Part shown: positions 1-10,616 of the stretch, one piece after another
How positions within the stretch are numbered: the stretch's first letter is position 1
Layout of the letters: every line of letters starts with the position of its first letter
Source: Candidatus Hodarchaeota archaeon
GTDB taxonomy: Archaea; Asgardarchaeota; Lokiarchaeia; Sigyniarchaeales; SOKP01
NCBI GenBank assembly: GCA_048887225.1
Contig: JBHLJY010000013.1
Location: 1-64,000 of the forward strand
Direction: 5' to 3'
Length of the DNA stretch: 64,000 nucleotides
Program-made: the position numbers and the translations under genes
The notes under the pieces: generated by a model
The model's database searches: none
The model's input: the letters and a program-made list of their open reading frames with translations, nothing else
Told to the model about the DNA's origin: nothing

Positions 1-1466
1 TGAATTTGAGTAAATCTATTTGGTTTCAAATCTTTAGGAACTAATTCTCCCACAACTTTAATTTCTCTCAAAATTAAGGTTTTTCCATCTTTTAATTCAA
101 CTCTATGAGCTAATTCAGAAGGTTTTCTTAAGCGTGAATATCCAATTAAATAGTTTTCTTTCTTATTTTCGTAAGATAAAAATATTTCAGTACCTTGAGA
201 AGCTTCGTAGTCTAAACGGTATAACTTGATCTTATTAAACATACTTTCATCTATAATTTCTTTTCTTTTACTTATCCCATATTCTCGACATCTAATACAT
301 TTACACTCTTTATTCAATTGTTGTAATCGCTCTTGAATAATTTGTCTTAAATTACTTTTTTTACAACCAGCCTCAATTAAGTATGCTGGTATATCCCGCA
401 TTATTCGTTGAATTCTAACATAAGGGGGGAGTGTATTTTTTACATTAGCAATTAAATCTACTGATTTATCAACAGAATAAGGAATGTATTTTCCATCTTT
501 CCACCAATTATATAATTTTGTACCTTTTATAACTAAAGTAGGATATATTTTCAACATATCGGGGCAATAATCTGAATTTGAGAAGAGCGTTTCAAATAAT
601 TCCAAATCTTTAGTATAATTTGAACCAGGTAAATTTGGCATTATATGAGCGTTGACTTTTAAACCAGCATCTTTAGCAATACGTATTGCCTCAATGCTAT
701 CAACTGTGGTATGACCTCTTTTTACTAACTCGTAAATGTTGTCATATATAGTTTGAATTCCAATTTCGACGCGAGTAGTTCCATAGTTTAACATTCTGTC
801 AATCTCTTTTTCTTTACAATAATCCGGACGAGTTTCAATTGTTAATCCAACTAGTCTTCTTTTGGATTTTTCGGCTAGCTTTTTAGCTTCTTCTAAATTT
901 TGAGTTTTTTTACCTAATACTCCTTCTAATGCTCCTTTAATGAATTCTTCTTGATATTTTAAGTCTGTAGATAAAAAGGTACCACCTTGGAGAACAAGGG
1001 AAATTTTATCTATACTATGTCCAATTGCTTCTAGATCTCTTATTCGAGATTGAACTTGCTCGAAAGGATCATAATTGCAGTTTATAGAGCGCATTGCTGA
1101 GGGTTCTCTACCAGTATAAGATTGTGCGACCTTAACTCCAGGCTGCGAGGCTTCACCAGGACAATAAATACATCTTCCAGGACAAGGTAGAGGTTTAGTC
1201 ATAATGGCAATTACTGAAACACCAGATAATGTCCTAATTGCTCTTCTTTTTAAAAGTTTGAGGATTATTGATTTCTCGTTTTCTGAGGCATATGATAAAA
1301 TAGTTGCATTCTTAATTACTCTATTATAAGCAAATTTTTTCGCGAATCTCCCTTTTAGATTAGATATTTTGGAACGACGTGTTTGAGGATATTTAATAAG
1401 ATGTTCAATTATAGCTCTTGCTATTTTTTCTATTTTTTCAGCTTTTAATTCTTCTATATTTTTCAT
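1..1466 (-). CDS. elp3: Elongator Elp3 (radical SAM / acetyltransferase tRNA U34 carboxymethyltransferase); 3' end lies beyond the window edge
   Basis: Not in the ORF track. Manual translation from ATG at 1466 gives MKNIEELK...RTLSGVSVIAIMTKPLPCPGRCIYCPG...QSYTGREPSAMR...QGGTF, then GLTIETRPD and LKIYPTLV, all hallmark Elp3 motifs. Confidence 0.93.
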   Translation of the reverse strand, partial: MKNIEELKAEKIEKIARAIIEHLIKYPQTRRSKISNLKGRFAKKFAYNRVIKNATILSYASENEKSIILKLLKRRAIRTLSGVSVIAIMTKPLPCPGRCIYCPGEASQPGVKVAQSYTGREPSAMRSINCNYDPFEQVQSRIRDLEAIGHSIDKISLVLQGGTFLSTDLKYQEEFIKGALEGVLGKKTQNLEEAKKLAEKSKRRLVGLTIETRPDYCKEKEIDRMLNYGTTRVEIGIQTIYDNIYELVKRGHTTVDSIEAIRIAKDAGLKVNAHIMPNLPGSNYTKDLELFETLFSNSDYCPDMLKIYPTLVIKGTKLYNWWKDGKYIPYSVDKSVDLIANVKNTLPPYVRIQRIMRDIPAYLIEAGCKKSNLRQIIQERLQQLNKECKCIRCREYGISKRKEIIDESMFNKIKLYRLDYEASQGTEIFLSYENKKENYLIGYSRLRKPSELAHRVELKDGKTLILREIKVVGELVPKDLKPNRFTQI

Positions 1467-1493
1467 AAAACCAGATTATTAAAGAAGATTAGT

Positions 1494-2348
1494 TTACTCA
1501 ATAGGTATTTTTTTTCCAGAAAAATCTCTTTTGTACTTACCAAAATCCTCCATTTGCCTTAAAGTTTGCGATTTGAATATCGGCCCATCTTTACATACCA
1601 ATAAACCAAGAGGATCAAGAGCACATAATCCACATAAGCCGCAGCCGCATCTCATAATTCTTTCAAGACTCGCTTGTAATTCAATATTATATTTTTCACA
1701 TATTTGAAAAATCTTATAAATCATTTTTTCTGGACCGCAGGTATAGGCAATGCTGTTAGATAAATTATGATCTGAAAATTTCATTATTAGATTTTCGAAT
1801 GTTGCAGATGCAAAACCTTTTATTCCATAACTTCCATCATCTGTACAATATAAAATTTCTGAATTTTTTGTTTCTAATTTTGAAAATTCATTTATATGAA
1901 TCAATTCACTATCAACTTTAGCTCCCTGAATTATTTTAAATTGACAATTCAAGCGTGAAAGCTCAGAAAGAAGGAATCTCAAAGGTGCTATACCAATACC
2001 TCCTGCTATTAAAATAATATTTTTGGTGTTATCTTGTGGAATTTCAAAATAGTTACCTAAGGGGCCTCTAACACCTATATAGTCGCCAATTTTTAGGTTA
2101 TGAATAGCATTAGTACATTCTCCAACATTTTTAACAGTTATGCTCCAATTGTTTCTTTCATCACATCCAGATATTGACATAGGAACTTCATCTATACTTG
2201 GTACCCATATCATAACAAATTGTCCTGGTTTTGGGATTTTATAATGTTCTAAACTATTTTCCTTCATATTAAAAATTAAAGTTTTTACCCCTTTGCAATC
2301 ATTTATTACTCTTTTGATTCTTACAGTTTTAACAATATTCTCAGTCAA
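1494..2348 (-). CDS. pyrK: Dihydroorotate dehydrogenase electron transfer subunit
   Basis: PGQFVMIW, RGPLGN, AGGIGIAP, CGPEKM and the [2Fe-2S] motif CGCGLCGLC...VCKDGP; adjacent to pyrD. Confidence 0.93.
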   Translation of the reverse strand: MTENIVKTVRIKRVINDCKGVKTLIFNMKENSLEHYKIPKPGQFVMIWVPSIDEVPMSISGCDERNNWSITVKNVGECTNAIHNLKIGDYIGVRGPLGNYFEIPQDNTKNIILIAGGIGIAPLRFLLSELSRLNCQFKIIQGAKVDSELIHINEFSKLETKNSEILYCTDDGSYGIKGFASATFENLIMKFSDHNLSNSIAYTCGPEKMIYKIFQICEKYNIELQASLERIMRCGCGLCGLCALDPLGLLVCKDGPIFKSQTLRQMEDFGKYKRDFSGKKIPIE

Positions 2349-3267
2349 AATCTGGAACCTCCTGAGTTTTAAATTGATGGGCTAATCCTATTATTTTGGA
2401 AATTGAGGTATATCCATTTTCTTTCAGATATTTAATCAAACCATCATGAATTTGAGAAATAATTTCAATGCCTTGATATAAAGCGGTTCCAATTTCAACT
2501 GCAGAAGCACCAGCAAGAAAGAATTCAATTACATCTTCCCAATTGCAGATACCACCGCATCCAATAATAGGGATTTTTAATAACTTGTATAGATCATAAA
2601 TTTTTTTCACCGCAATGGGATGAATCGCTTTTCCAGAAAGTCCTCCACCTCCATGGGATAATATAGGTCTTTTAACGTTAACATCTATTTTCATAGCTGT
2701 TATTGTATTAATTGCTACTACCGCATCAGCACCTCCTTTTTCAGCAGCTAAAGCAATTTCTCCTATATCGGTTACATTTGGATTTAATTTAACAAAAATT
2801 GGTAATGATAAGTTAGTTTTTATAGCTGAGACTAATGAATATGTTAATTCCTTATCAATTCCAATAGAAGAAACCTCTGCGTGTGGACAAGAGATATTTA
2901 ATTCAATAGCATCTGCTCCTGCCTGTTCTGCTTTTTTCGCAACCTGTATATAATCATCATTATTATCTCCAAATACACTAACAATCAAGGGAACTTTATT
3001 TTTTTTTATTGCCTTAATTTCAGAGAAAAAATTATTGATTCCAGGATTTCCAAGACCAACAGCATTCAAAAAGGTGCCTGGATAAACTTCAATAATCGAG
3101 GGATTTTTATAACCTTTTCTTGGTTTGGGACCTATTGATTTAGTAGTAACAGCTCCAGCACCGGCATCAATTATTCTCATCATTGAAGAAAACGAAACAC
3201 CTAAAATGCCGGATGCTAAAATTATTGGAGAATTTAGTTTTAAACCAGAAATATTTGTTTCTAGCAT
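2341..3267 (-). CDS. pyrD: Dihydroorotate dehydrogenase family 1B, catalytic subunit
   Basis: ASG, TTKS, NAVGLGNPG, ELNISCPH, VKLNPN, AINT, GGLSG and IIGCGGI motifs. Confidence 0.95.
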   Translation of the reverse strand: MLETNISGLKLNSPIILASGILGVSFSSMMRIIDAGAGAVTTKSIGPKPRKGYKNPSIIEVYPGTFLNAVGLGNPGINNFFSEIKAIKKNKVPLIVSVFGDNNDDYIQVAKKAEQAGADAIELNISCPHAEVSSIGIDKELTYSLVSAIKTNLSLPIFVKLNPNVTDIGEIALAAEKGGADAVVAINTITAMKIDVNVKRPILSHGGGGLSGKAIHPIAVKKIYDLYKLLKIPIIGCGGICNWEDVIEFFLAGASAVEIGTALYQGIEIISQIHDGLIKYLKENGYTSISKIIGLAHQFKTQEVPDFD

Positions 3268-3346
3268 TTTTTAAAAGAAAATAATGATTATAATTTTATA
3301 ATCATTATTATTAGAGAATTTTTATTTGTTTAAGTGTTTTTGAAAA

Positions 3347-4582
3347 ATGAAATGTTACATCGTGGATACTTTAGAAGGCTTGTTTGTATTAGGCGAGGGT
3401 GGAAATATCGTAAATTTCCTAGATTTTAACAACGATTACCAAAAATTAATAAAGTTTTATGAATCCGTGGAAAGTGGTATTGTTTTAAGGGAATATGAAG
3501 ATTTTTTGTTAGAATTGAAAAATTCGGGTTTTGACGAATTTATTTTTGATGATAAAGATTTAGAATCATTCACTTCACAAAATTTGGGTTTTAAAACAAA
3601 GCTAGAGAGGTTTTCGTTAGAATTTAAAAATTTTAGATTTAATTTGGAAGACCAACTCAATCAAATAGGTTTATCCAAAAAGCGAAACGATATTTTAGCA
3701 AAATATAAAAAAATTAATGAAGAATTAATTAAAAAGAAGGTTCGTGAAGCAGGTGAACAAATTGATGTTATAATAACTCAAGTTATTGAAACACTTGATA
3801 TTATTAAAAAATCAATAAGTTTATTTACAAATCGCCTTAGAGAATGGTATGGACTATATTTTCCAGAATTAACAGATAAAGTAATAGAAGATAATATCTT
3901 ATTAGCGAGAATGGTTTCAATTTTGGGTGAAAGAGAAAATTATACTTTTGAAAAAATAAACAAAGACTTTGATTTACATGAAGGTCAAATTGAAGCTTTG
4001 GTTAAAAGAGCTTCTGAATCGATGGGTGCTAATATTGATCTAAACGCAATACAAGGCTACGCTAACCAAATTTTGTTTTTAGATTCATATAGACAAGAGT
4101 TAGAAGGATACTTAAACGATTTAATGGAAAGATCAGCTCCAAATCTTAACTCGATTGTAGGATCGTTAATAGGAGCTAAACTAATCGCAAAAGCAGGCGG
4201 ATTAAAAAAATTAGCTTATATGCCTGCGTCTAGAATACAATTATTAGGGGCTGAAAAAGCTCTATACAGATTTCTCAAAACTGGTGAAAAAAGACCTAAA
4301 CATGGTTTAATATTTCAATGGAGACAAATTAGAAGTAGTAAACCGTGGATCAGGGGCAAAATTTCAAGAATAATTGCTGGAAAAATCGGAATTGCTTCTA
4401 AAATTGATCACTTCTCTGGTGAATTCGTTGGAGATCTTTTTTCGAAAGAAATAGAGGAGAAAATAAAAGAAATAGAAAAAAAATATCCAAAACCACTTAA
4501 AAAAATTGATGCAAAAAAGTTGAAAAGTAAGAAAAAAGGTAAAAATAAAAGACCAAGTAAAGATAGAAGAAAAAATGAGTAA
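3347..4582 (+). CDS. nop5: Box C/D sRNP protein Nop5 (Nop56/58)
   Basis: LREWYGLYFPEL, APNL, PASRIQLLGAEKAL and PKHGLIFQ; lysine-rich tail; directly upstream of fibrillarin. Confidence 0.95.
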   Translation: MKCYIVDTLEGLFVLGEGGNIVNFLDFNNDYQKLIKFYESVESGIVLREYEDFLLELKNSGFDEFIFDDKDLESFTSQNLGFKTKLERFSLEFKNFRFNLEDQLNQIGLSKKRNDILAKYKKINEELIKKKVREAGEQIDVIITQVIETLDIIKKSISLFTNRLREWYGLYFPELTDKVIEDNILLARMVSILGERENYTFEKINKDFDLHEGQIEALVKRASESMGANIDLNAIQGYANQILFLDSYRQELEGYLNDLMERSAPNLNSIVGSLIGAKLIAKAGGLKKLAYMPASRIQLLGAEKALYRFLKTGEKRPKHGLIFQWRQIRSSKPWIRGKISRIIAGKIGIASKIDHFSGEFVGDLFSKEIEEKIKEIEKKYPKPLKKIDAKKLKSKKKGKNKRPSKDRRKNE

Positions 4583-5273
4583 TTTAGAGATAAGAAATCA
4601 CCCTAAATTTAATAATGTTTATATTTCTGGGCCATCAGAAAACTTGAAATTATATTCGAAAAATTTAGTTCCAGGAACAAAAGTCTATGGAGAAAAATTA
4701 ATACGTTACGGAGGAATAGAGTATAGGGAATGGGATCCTTTTAGAAGTAAGCTCGCAGCTTTAATATTGAAAGATCCAATCACAAATTTTCTTAGAGACG
4801 ATTTAAAATGCTTATATTTGGGAGCTTCTTCAGGGACTACAATTTCCCATCTTTCTGATATTGTTAAAAATGGGTTCATTTATGGAGTTGAATTTGCAGA
4901 GCGAAGTATTAGACAGCTAATTCAAAACGTATCAAACAGATCGAACGTAATTCCGATATTAGGAGATGCGAGACACCCCGAAAATTATGCTAAATCGATT
5001 TTCACTGATGTTGATTTAATATATCAAGATGTCTCGCAACCTAACCAAGCAGAAATAGCTGTAGCTAATTCTAATTATTATTTAAACGATACAGGCATAA
5101 TTTTATTAGCTATCAAATCTCAATCGATAGATAGTATATCCAAATCAGAAAAAGTTTACAAGCAAGAAAAGAAATCACTTAAAAGAGCGGGGTATGAAAT
5201 AATTGAATCCTTAAACGTACATAAATACGCTGCCAATCATATTATCTTAATTATCAAAAAAAATCCTATATAA
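4575..5273 (+). CDS. flpA: Fibrillarin-like rRNA/tRNA 2'-O-methyltransferase
   Basis: VYGEK, EYREWDPFRSKLAA, LYLGASSGTTISHLSD and DVSQPNQ motifs. Confidence 0.96.
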   Translation: MSNLEIRNHPKFNNVYISGPSENLKLYSKNLVPGTKVYGEKLIRYGGIEYREWDPFRSKLAALILKDPITNFLRDDLKCLYLGASSGTTISHLSDIVKNGFIYGVEFAERSIRQLIQNVSNRSNVIPILGDARHPENYAKSIFTDVDLIYQDVSQPNQAEIAVANSNYYLNDTGIILLAIKSQSIDSISKSEKVYKQEKKSLKRAGYEIIESLNVHKYAANHIILIIKKNPI

Positions 5274-5967
5274 GATAATTAGTAATTTTTTTATTGCTTG
5301 TTTCTTCATTTAATATTTTTTTAGTTGTATCCCAAGTTTTTCGAGCGAATAAGGGAGCCTTTTTGTGTTTTTTGATCCATTCACGAAGAAAATCGGTAGT
5401 TCTTTTATCGGATGGATAACCTGATCCAAATTCTCCGTAATTTTTCTTTAACTCCTCAATTATCATGTCTCTTTTATCTTTTGCAATTATAGAACCTGCC
5501 GAGACTATTGGATAGATATCGTCTGCTCTATGCTTTGAAATTATTTTTTTTGGTTTATAATTCAGTAATTCTCTTATAGAGTTCCCAAATCTTTTTTCAT
5601 CTATATCTGCCGCATCTAAATAGATTATGTCTGGTTTTAACTTATTAATGATTTCTGCCATTTTTAGTTCTTCAAGTCGATTTAACGTTATTTTATTTTT
5701 TTCTCTCGCATCAATTTCTTGAGCTGATAACACGATAGTTTCGTAAGAATGGCATTTTTTTTTTATTTGTTTAGCTAATTCACTTCTTCTTTTCGTAGTT
5801 AATTTTTTAGAATCCTTTGCTCCAATTTCGTTTAAGTAAATCAAGTTAGGTTTTATAAAGCATACCCCACAAATAACCATAGGTCCTAAAACTGGACCCC
5901 GTCCAGCCTCATCGATTCCGCAAACTAATTCAACAGAATTATTTTCAATTATCTTTGAAGATTTCAA
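5266..5967 (-). CDS. rnhB: Ribonuclease HII
   Basis: GIDEAGRGPVLGPM, DSKKL, VSAGSIIAK and GSGYPSD motifs; PIP-like C-terminus (KITNYL). Confidence 0.95.
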   Translation of the reverse strand: MKSSKIIENNSVELVCGIDEAGRGPVLGPMVICGVCFIKPNLIYLNEIGAKDSKKLTTKRRSELAKQIKKKCHSYETIVLSAQEIDAREKNKITLNRLEELKMAEIINKLKPDIIYLDAADIDEKRFGNSIRELLNYKPKKIISKHRADDIYPIVSAGSIIAKDKRDMIIEELKKNYGEFGSGYPSDKRTTDFLREWIKKHKKAPLFARKTWDTTKKILNEETSNKKITNYLI

Positions 5968-6961
5968 CGAATTCCTCTTCGTTATCCAAGCTTTCTAAAC
6001 TCTTTAACTTAATTATTGGAATATGGCTTTTTTTAAAGAAATCTGGAATTTTAAAATCATCACTTACTATAAAAAGAGCATTTTTATGAAATAAATTAGC
6101 AAATTTCGTAAGATTATTAATATTTATTTTGGTAATTTTATCGTTTTCATCTTCTTGAGAAACACCAGAGAAAAGAGGGTAAAAGTTATCTCCTTGGTCT
6201 ATACCGAGAGTGTAAGTTTTGGAAAAAAGAGATAACTCGAAAGGTACTTGTCCTTTTTTATACCAAATTGTTGAGATACCTATATGTTCGAAGATATCTT
6301 GGAGCCCAGATTCGAATTCGGATAATTCTCTAGTTTCATCAGATTTTTCTTCATCTGATTGAAGTTTGATTTGCCACTTAAATAGATTTATTTTTCGGAA
6401 AATAGACTTATTTTCAAGTATTTTAAGAATTTTTTCACCAATTTTTAGAGAAGGGCGCATACTTTCATTTTCGTAAGAGCATACTGTTCTTTTTGTAACG
6501 CCAATTTCATTAGATATTTCTTTTCTTGAAACGTTTTTTTGTTCTCTTATAGTTTTCATTAAGTTTCCATCTAGAAAGATAACACCTCCACCTCTTCTCG
6601 CTAATATATAAGGATAAATATTTCTTCTTAAAATGTTTTCTAAAGTATTAAGAGTTATGAATGGTAAGCCCTCTCTAATATATATGGTGTTATCATCTAG
6701 ATTTTGATAACGGTTCTTCATTCCGATTAATATCGGCTTTGAATTTAATAATAATGATAGTTTTTTAATGGCTTTCACAATATTAGCATTTAGATTATCG
6801 ATATTAGGAAATATTTTAATGAGAAAAACTGAATCATCTTTTTTTACTAAAGAATCAAAACAGTATATACTCTTAGAAGCAGCACCTTTAAAAAAAAAAG
6901 TTTCAAATTTTGCCTCTTTTAACAATGAATCTATTCTTTTTTTAACGTTTTCAATCAACAA
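5945..6961 (-). CDS. Archaeal XRE-type HTH transcriptional regulator
   Basis: Central HTH (IREQKNVSRKEISNEIGVTKRTVCSYENESMRPS) preceded by ARRGG and an N-terminal FD...IKI..NID segment typical of this archaeal family. Confidence 0.75.
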   Translation of the reverse strand: MLIENVKKRIDSLLKEAKFETFFFKGAASKSIYCFDSLVKKDDSVFLIKIFPNIDNLNANIVKAIKKLSLLLNSKPILIGMKNRYQNLDDNTIYIREGLPFITLNTLENILRRNIYPYILARRGGGVIFLDGNLMKTIREQKNVSRKEISNEIGVTKRTVCSYENESMRPSLKIGEKILKILENKSIFRKINLFKWQIKLQSDEEKSDETRELSEFESGLQDIFEHIGISTIWYKKGQVPFELSLFSKTYTLGIDQGDNFYPLFSGVSQEDENDKITKININNLTKFANLFHKNALFIVSDDFKIPDFFKKSHIPIIKLKSLESLDNEEEFVEIFKDN

Positions 6962-7119
6962 TTACCTAATAGTAAAAAACAAGAAAAATAATAAAAAACT
7001 TTTTCTTTTTAGCCATATCTTAGAGGTAAGAAAATGGAATTTTAAAGCATTTAATCACAAATTTTTTTATTAAAAGATTATTTATATTAATACTTCATAC
7101 AACTAAGAGATGACAAAGA

Positions 7120-8349
7120 TTGTTGAAAATAAATAGAGCAGATTTTTTACCCATAGAACAAACAGACTTCCCTGAACTAGCTGAAAGGAAAGGTATTGGT
7201 CATCCTGATTCCGTCTGTGATGCTGCGGCTGATGCATGTTCAAGAGCACTTTGTAAATATTATTTTGAAACATTTGATCGTTATTATCACCACAACGTGG
7301 ATAAGGCAGCATTAGTTGGAGGTATTTCCAAACCTGAGTTTGGAGGGGGATTAATTTTAGAACCAGAATACTTTTTAATAATTGGTCGGGCAATAAATCA
7401 AATTTTAAAAGAAAATAAATTAGTATATATTCCTGTTGCAAATATTTGTCTTGACGCTTGTCGTCAAACTGTATCTAATATTTTTAGAAATCTTGATATT
7501 GAAAAACACATCCAATTTGATTACGCAGTTCGGCCAGGTTCTATAGATTTAACTGGAGTCTTTGAAGAATCTGATGCAATGGAACAGGTTCCATTAGCCA
7601 ATGATACTAGTTTTGGAGTAGGATATGCGCCTTATTCAGATCTAGAGAAAATTACATTAGAAGCAGAAAGATTATTAAATTCTGACACATTTAAAGATAA
7701 ATGCAAAGCTTCAGGAGAGGATATAAAAGTTATGAGTCAACGTGTAGGGAATAAAATAGATATTACAATTAGCGGTGCTATGGTAAGTGGATATATCAAT
7801 GATAAAGATGAATACATAAATTATACAAATCAAATGAAAGATGCTGTTCTTGATCTTGCTACTAAAATAATTCCTGAAAAGGAGGTTTCTTGCGCTATAA
7901 ATGTTGCCGACAATATAGAGAAAGGAATTCTTTATTTGACTATTACTGGCACAAGTGCCGAAGCTGGAGATGATGGAGAAGTGGGGCGAGGTAATAGAAG
8001 TAATGGTCTAATTACTCCCTGTAGAACAATGAGTTTAGAAGCAGTATGTGGAAAAAACCCAATAAACCATGTTGGTAAAATCTATAATGTGCTTGCGACG
8101 AACATGGCAAGGGAAATAATTAAAAAAGGACAAGGCGACATTATAGAAGCTCATGTAAAATTATTATCCCAAATCGGAAGACCTATTACTGATCCATGGA
8201 TTAATTCAATAAGTTTGATTCCCGCCGACAATGTGAACTTCGAAAGAGTAAAAAAAATCGCTGAAGAGGTATCTATTACAAAATTATCGAAAGATAACAT
8301 CGTAAATTTGAGAGAGCGTCTTATTGCTGGCAAGGAACAAGTGTTTTGA
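7120..8349 (+). CDS. mat: Archaeal S-adenosylmethionine synthetase
   Basis: [39 protein letters not shown] and [13 protein letters not shown] motifs. Confidence 0.95.
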   Translation: MLKINRADFLPIEQTDFPELAERKGIGHPDSVCDAAADACSRALCKYYFETFDRYYHHNVDKAALVGGISKPEFGGGLILEPEYFLIIGRAINQILKENKLVYIPVANICLDACRQTVSNIFRNLDIEKHIQFDYAVRPGSIDLTGVFEESDAMEQVPLANDTSFGVGYAPYSDLEKITLEAERLLNSDTFKDKCKASGEDIKVMSQRVGNKIDITISGAMVSGYINDKDEYINYTNQMKDAVLDLATKIIPEKEVSCAINVADNIEKGILYLTITGTSAEAGDDGEVGRGNRSNGLITPCRTMSLEAVCGKNPINHVGKIYNVLATNMAREIIKKGQGDIIEAHVKLLSQIGRPITDPWINSISLIPADNVNFERVKKIAEEVSITKLSKDNIVNLRERLIAGKEQVF

Positions 8350-8495
8350 TTTTTTTTATTAAAACCAATTATTTTCATTACTCTTTTTTTTAATAAATAT
8401 ATATTAATTTTACATATGATAAGAGATAATATATAAAATTTTACATCCCTATTTTTAAAGTAGTAAGTTGGTTATCAAATTTTAAGTGAGGAAAT

Positions 8496-8750
8496 TTGAG
8501 TTTAGACAAGTGGATAAAATCCAGAAAAAAAAAAGAAGAAATTAAAAAAGAACCTAAACCTAATGCTTCAAAAGATAAAACACAAATCCAATCATCTATC
8601 GAGAAACCATCTTTAAAGCTTACTAAATATAATCTTTTATGTCCAAAAAAGAAATGTGCATATCAAAAAACAATTGTTAAAAAACAGCTTACTAAAAAAG
8701 ATAAAATCTGTCCAAAATGTAAAAACATAATGAAAATTCGAAAAATTTAA
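8496..8750 (+). CDS. Small basic protein with C-terminal zinc ribbon
   Basis: CPKKKC...CPKC; SD-like GTGAGG just upstream of the TTG start. Confidence 0.6.
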   Translation: MSLDKWIKSRKKKEEIKKEPKPNASKDKTQIQSSIEKPSLKLTKYNLLCPKKKCAYQKTIVKKQLTKKDKICPKCKNIMKIRKI

Positions 8751-8767
8751 TTTTATTTCTATTCTGT

Positions 8768-9022
8768 TTATTCTAATTCTGATGTAATTGATAAATGTTC
8801 TGGTGGCGTTGGAAGGTTATTCAGATCGAATATCGTTTCACAGTTAGGACAAGTGTTTTTCTTTTTGTGATATTTTAAAATAAAATAAAGAGGGATTAAA
8901 AACACGGTTAAAAATAAAATACAAAGCAACTCATGGTATCTATGATTAAAACTCTTTCTTTTAAGTTCAACAAACCTTTCACATGTTTCACAGTATACAA
9001 TTCTCCTTACCAAGGAATCCAC
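8768..9022 (-). CDS. LITAF/SIMPLE-like zinc-ribbon membrane protein
   Basis: CETC, then a ~20-aa hydrophobic segment (LLCILFLTVFLIPLYFIL), then TCPNC. This is the LITAF-domain topology. Confidence 0.55.
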   Translation of the reverse strand: MDSLVRRIVYCETCERFVELKRKSFNHRYHELLCILFLTVFLIPLYFILKYHKKKNTCPNCETIFDLNNLPTPPEHLSITSELE

Positions 9023-9112
9023 AGCTTTTTAGAGTTAAATCGTTATTTTTTTTAATTAAGTGTTTAATAATATAATTAGTTTATGTTAAGAGTGTTAATG
9101 AGTCCCTTGTTG

Positions 9113-9232
9113 TTAATCTTCGTCTTTCTTCTTAGTAGTTAATAAGTCCCAAGTACTTTTTACACCTAAATCTTTTAATTTTTGTCGTTCAGTATCTCTC
9201 TCTTTTTCGCCCATATCCTCGTCTTTGCTCAT
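9113..9232 (-). CDS. Putative 39-aa microprotein (MSKDEDMGEKERDTERQKLKDLGVKSTWDLLTTKKKDED)
   Basis: Manual translation, ATG 9232 to TAA 9113; SD-like GGTG upstream; purine-rich codon usage like the neighbouring genes. Confidence 0.4.
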   Translation of the reverse strand: MSKDEDMGEKERDTERQKLKDLGVKSTWDLLTTKKKDED

Positions 9233-9467
9233 ATTATACACCAATAAGATTATCAAAAATGATATTATTTAAAATTAATAAAAATTATGGTTCTTATTAC
9301 TATTTTATATAGCCTAACTTATTTAAATAAATTTTGAATAGAATTGGAAAATGAATCGTTTGTGCAATGTACTGAATAAAATTTTATATTTTAAATTCTA
9401 TATTTAATTAAAAATCATTTTTAAAATAAAATCTGATTTTATAGTTTAATATATGTGAGGTAAGATT

Positions 9468-10460
9468 ATGGTTAGATGTTATCATTGTGGAGAAGATCTT
9501 CCAGAGAACGCAATTTTTCGATGTAATGACTGTGGGCAAAATTATTGTACTTTACATAGGGAGCCTATTAACCATGAATGCAATATTATAAAAGAAACTT
9601 TGAGAATCCAGCAAAGTCAAGCTCTAACTCCAACTTACTCAGAAATTCCTTCGAGGGGATATCAACCACAATATACCAGTTATGCTTCTGAAGTACGTGG
9701 AACGACAGATGGATCTTTCACATGGCATCGGCAAGAAAGTTCTATTCCAGAAAATGCTTTCGATCCCGACTCTGGCATTGAATTCAAAGGAATTTTATAT
9801 CCATACAAGTCAGAATTTTCGCATTTATTAATTGGCGCATTTTTAATTTTCCTAATTGGTTTTTTTGGATTTTTTAGTCCAGATTTAATTGAAAGAGGAT
9901 ATTGGTGGTCTATACTAATGTTAGCTGGATTTTATACAACAGCTTTTCTATTCCACGAGTTTGGGCATCGTCAAGTCGCAAAGCATTTTGATCTACAAAC
10001 TAAATTCAGACTCCTTACATTTGGAATGATGCTGACTATTTTAAGTTTAAGTCTTACTATCGCAACTTTTGCAATGGGTTTACAACCACTTCCTACGTTT
10101 GCATTACCAGGTGCAGTGGTTGTGTTAGGATTAGATAAAATTGATAGAAAAACAGGTTTATGCAAAGCAGCAGGTCCTATAATAAATCTAGTATACGGAA
10201 CGATTCTATTAATAATATCGTTTTTCATTGAGATATATCCATTAAATTTATTTATAGGTTATGCGGGCTTTTTAAATTTCTCGTTAGGATTGTTTAACAT
10301 GCTTCCAATAGGTATATTAGATGGACAAAACATATGGAAATGGAATAAAGGTTTATATCTCTTATTGTTTAGTTTGCTAGCTTTACTGACAATAACAACT
10401 TTCATACTTATTTCCGATCAGACGCTTTATTTACAGTATTTAGAGGGATACTCCCAGTAA
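9468..10460 (+). CDS. AN1 zinc finger fused to an M50 (site-2 protease) intramembrane metalloprotease
   Basis: N-terminal CYHC...FRCNDCGQNYCTLHR..NHEC; HEFGH, AGP and FNMLPIGILDG motifs; several TM segments. Confidence 0.88.
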   Translation: MVRCYHCGEDLPENAIFRCNDCGQNYCTLHREPINHECNIIKETLRIQQSQALTPTYSEIPSRGYQPQYTSYASEVRGTTDGSFTWHRQESSIPENAFDPDSGIEFKGILYPYKSEFSHLLIGAFLIFLIGFFGFFSPDLIERGYWWSILMLAGFYTTAFLFHEFGHRQVAKHFDLQTKFRLLTFGMMLTILSLSLTIATFAMGLQPLPTFALPGAVVVLGLDKIDRKTGLCKAAGPIINLVYGTILLIISFFIEIYPLNLFIGYAGFLNFSLGLFNMLPIGILDGQNIWKWNKGLYLLLFSLLALLTITTFILISDQTLYLQYLEGYSQ

Positions 10461-10616
10461 TTTCAATAAAAAAACACTTTGTTTTTTAATAATATAAGTT
10501 TAAAAGTTATATTAAGAAATAAATTAGAATTAAGATCAAAAAAAAAAGAAGAATTTTAGGTTTTAAATATTATTATAATGAAAAGAAAGATTTAAAAGTT
10601 TTTCGGTTGAAAAATT

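Noticed and set aside
7110-7136. Out-of-frame ATG mini-ORF (MTKIVENK) overlapping the TTG start of mat, as a regulatory uORF
   Set aside because: Eight codons is easily chance; there is no supporting evidence without conservation data.
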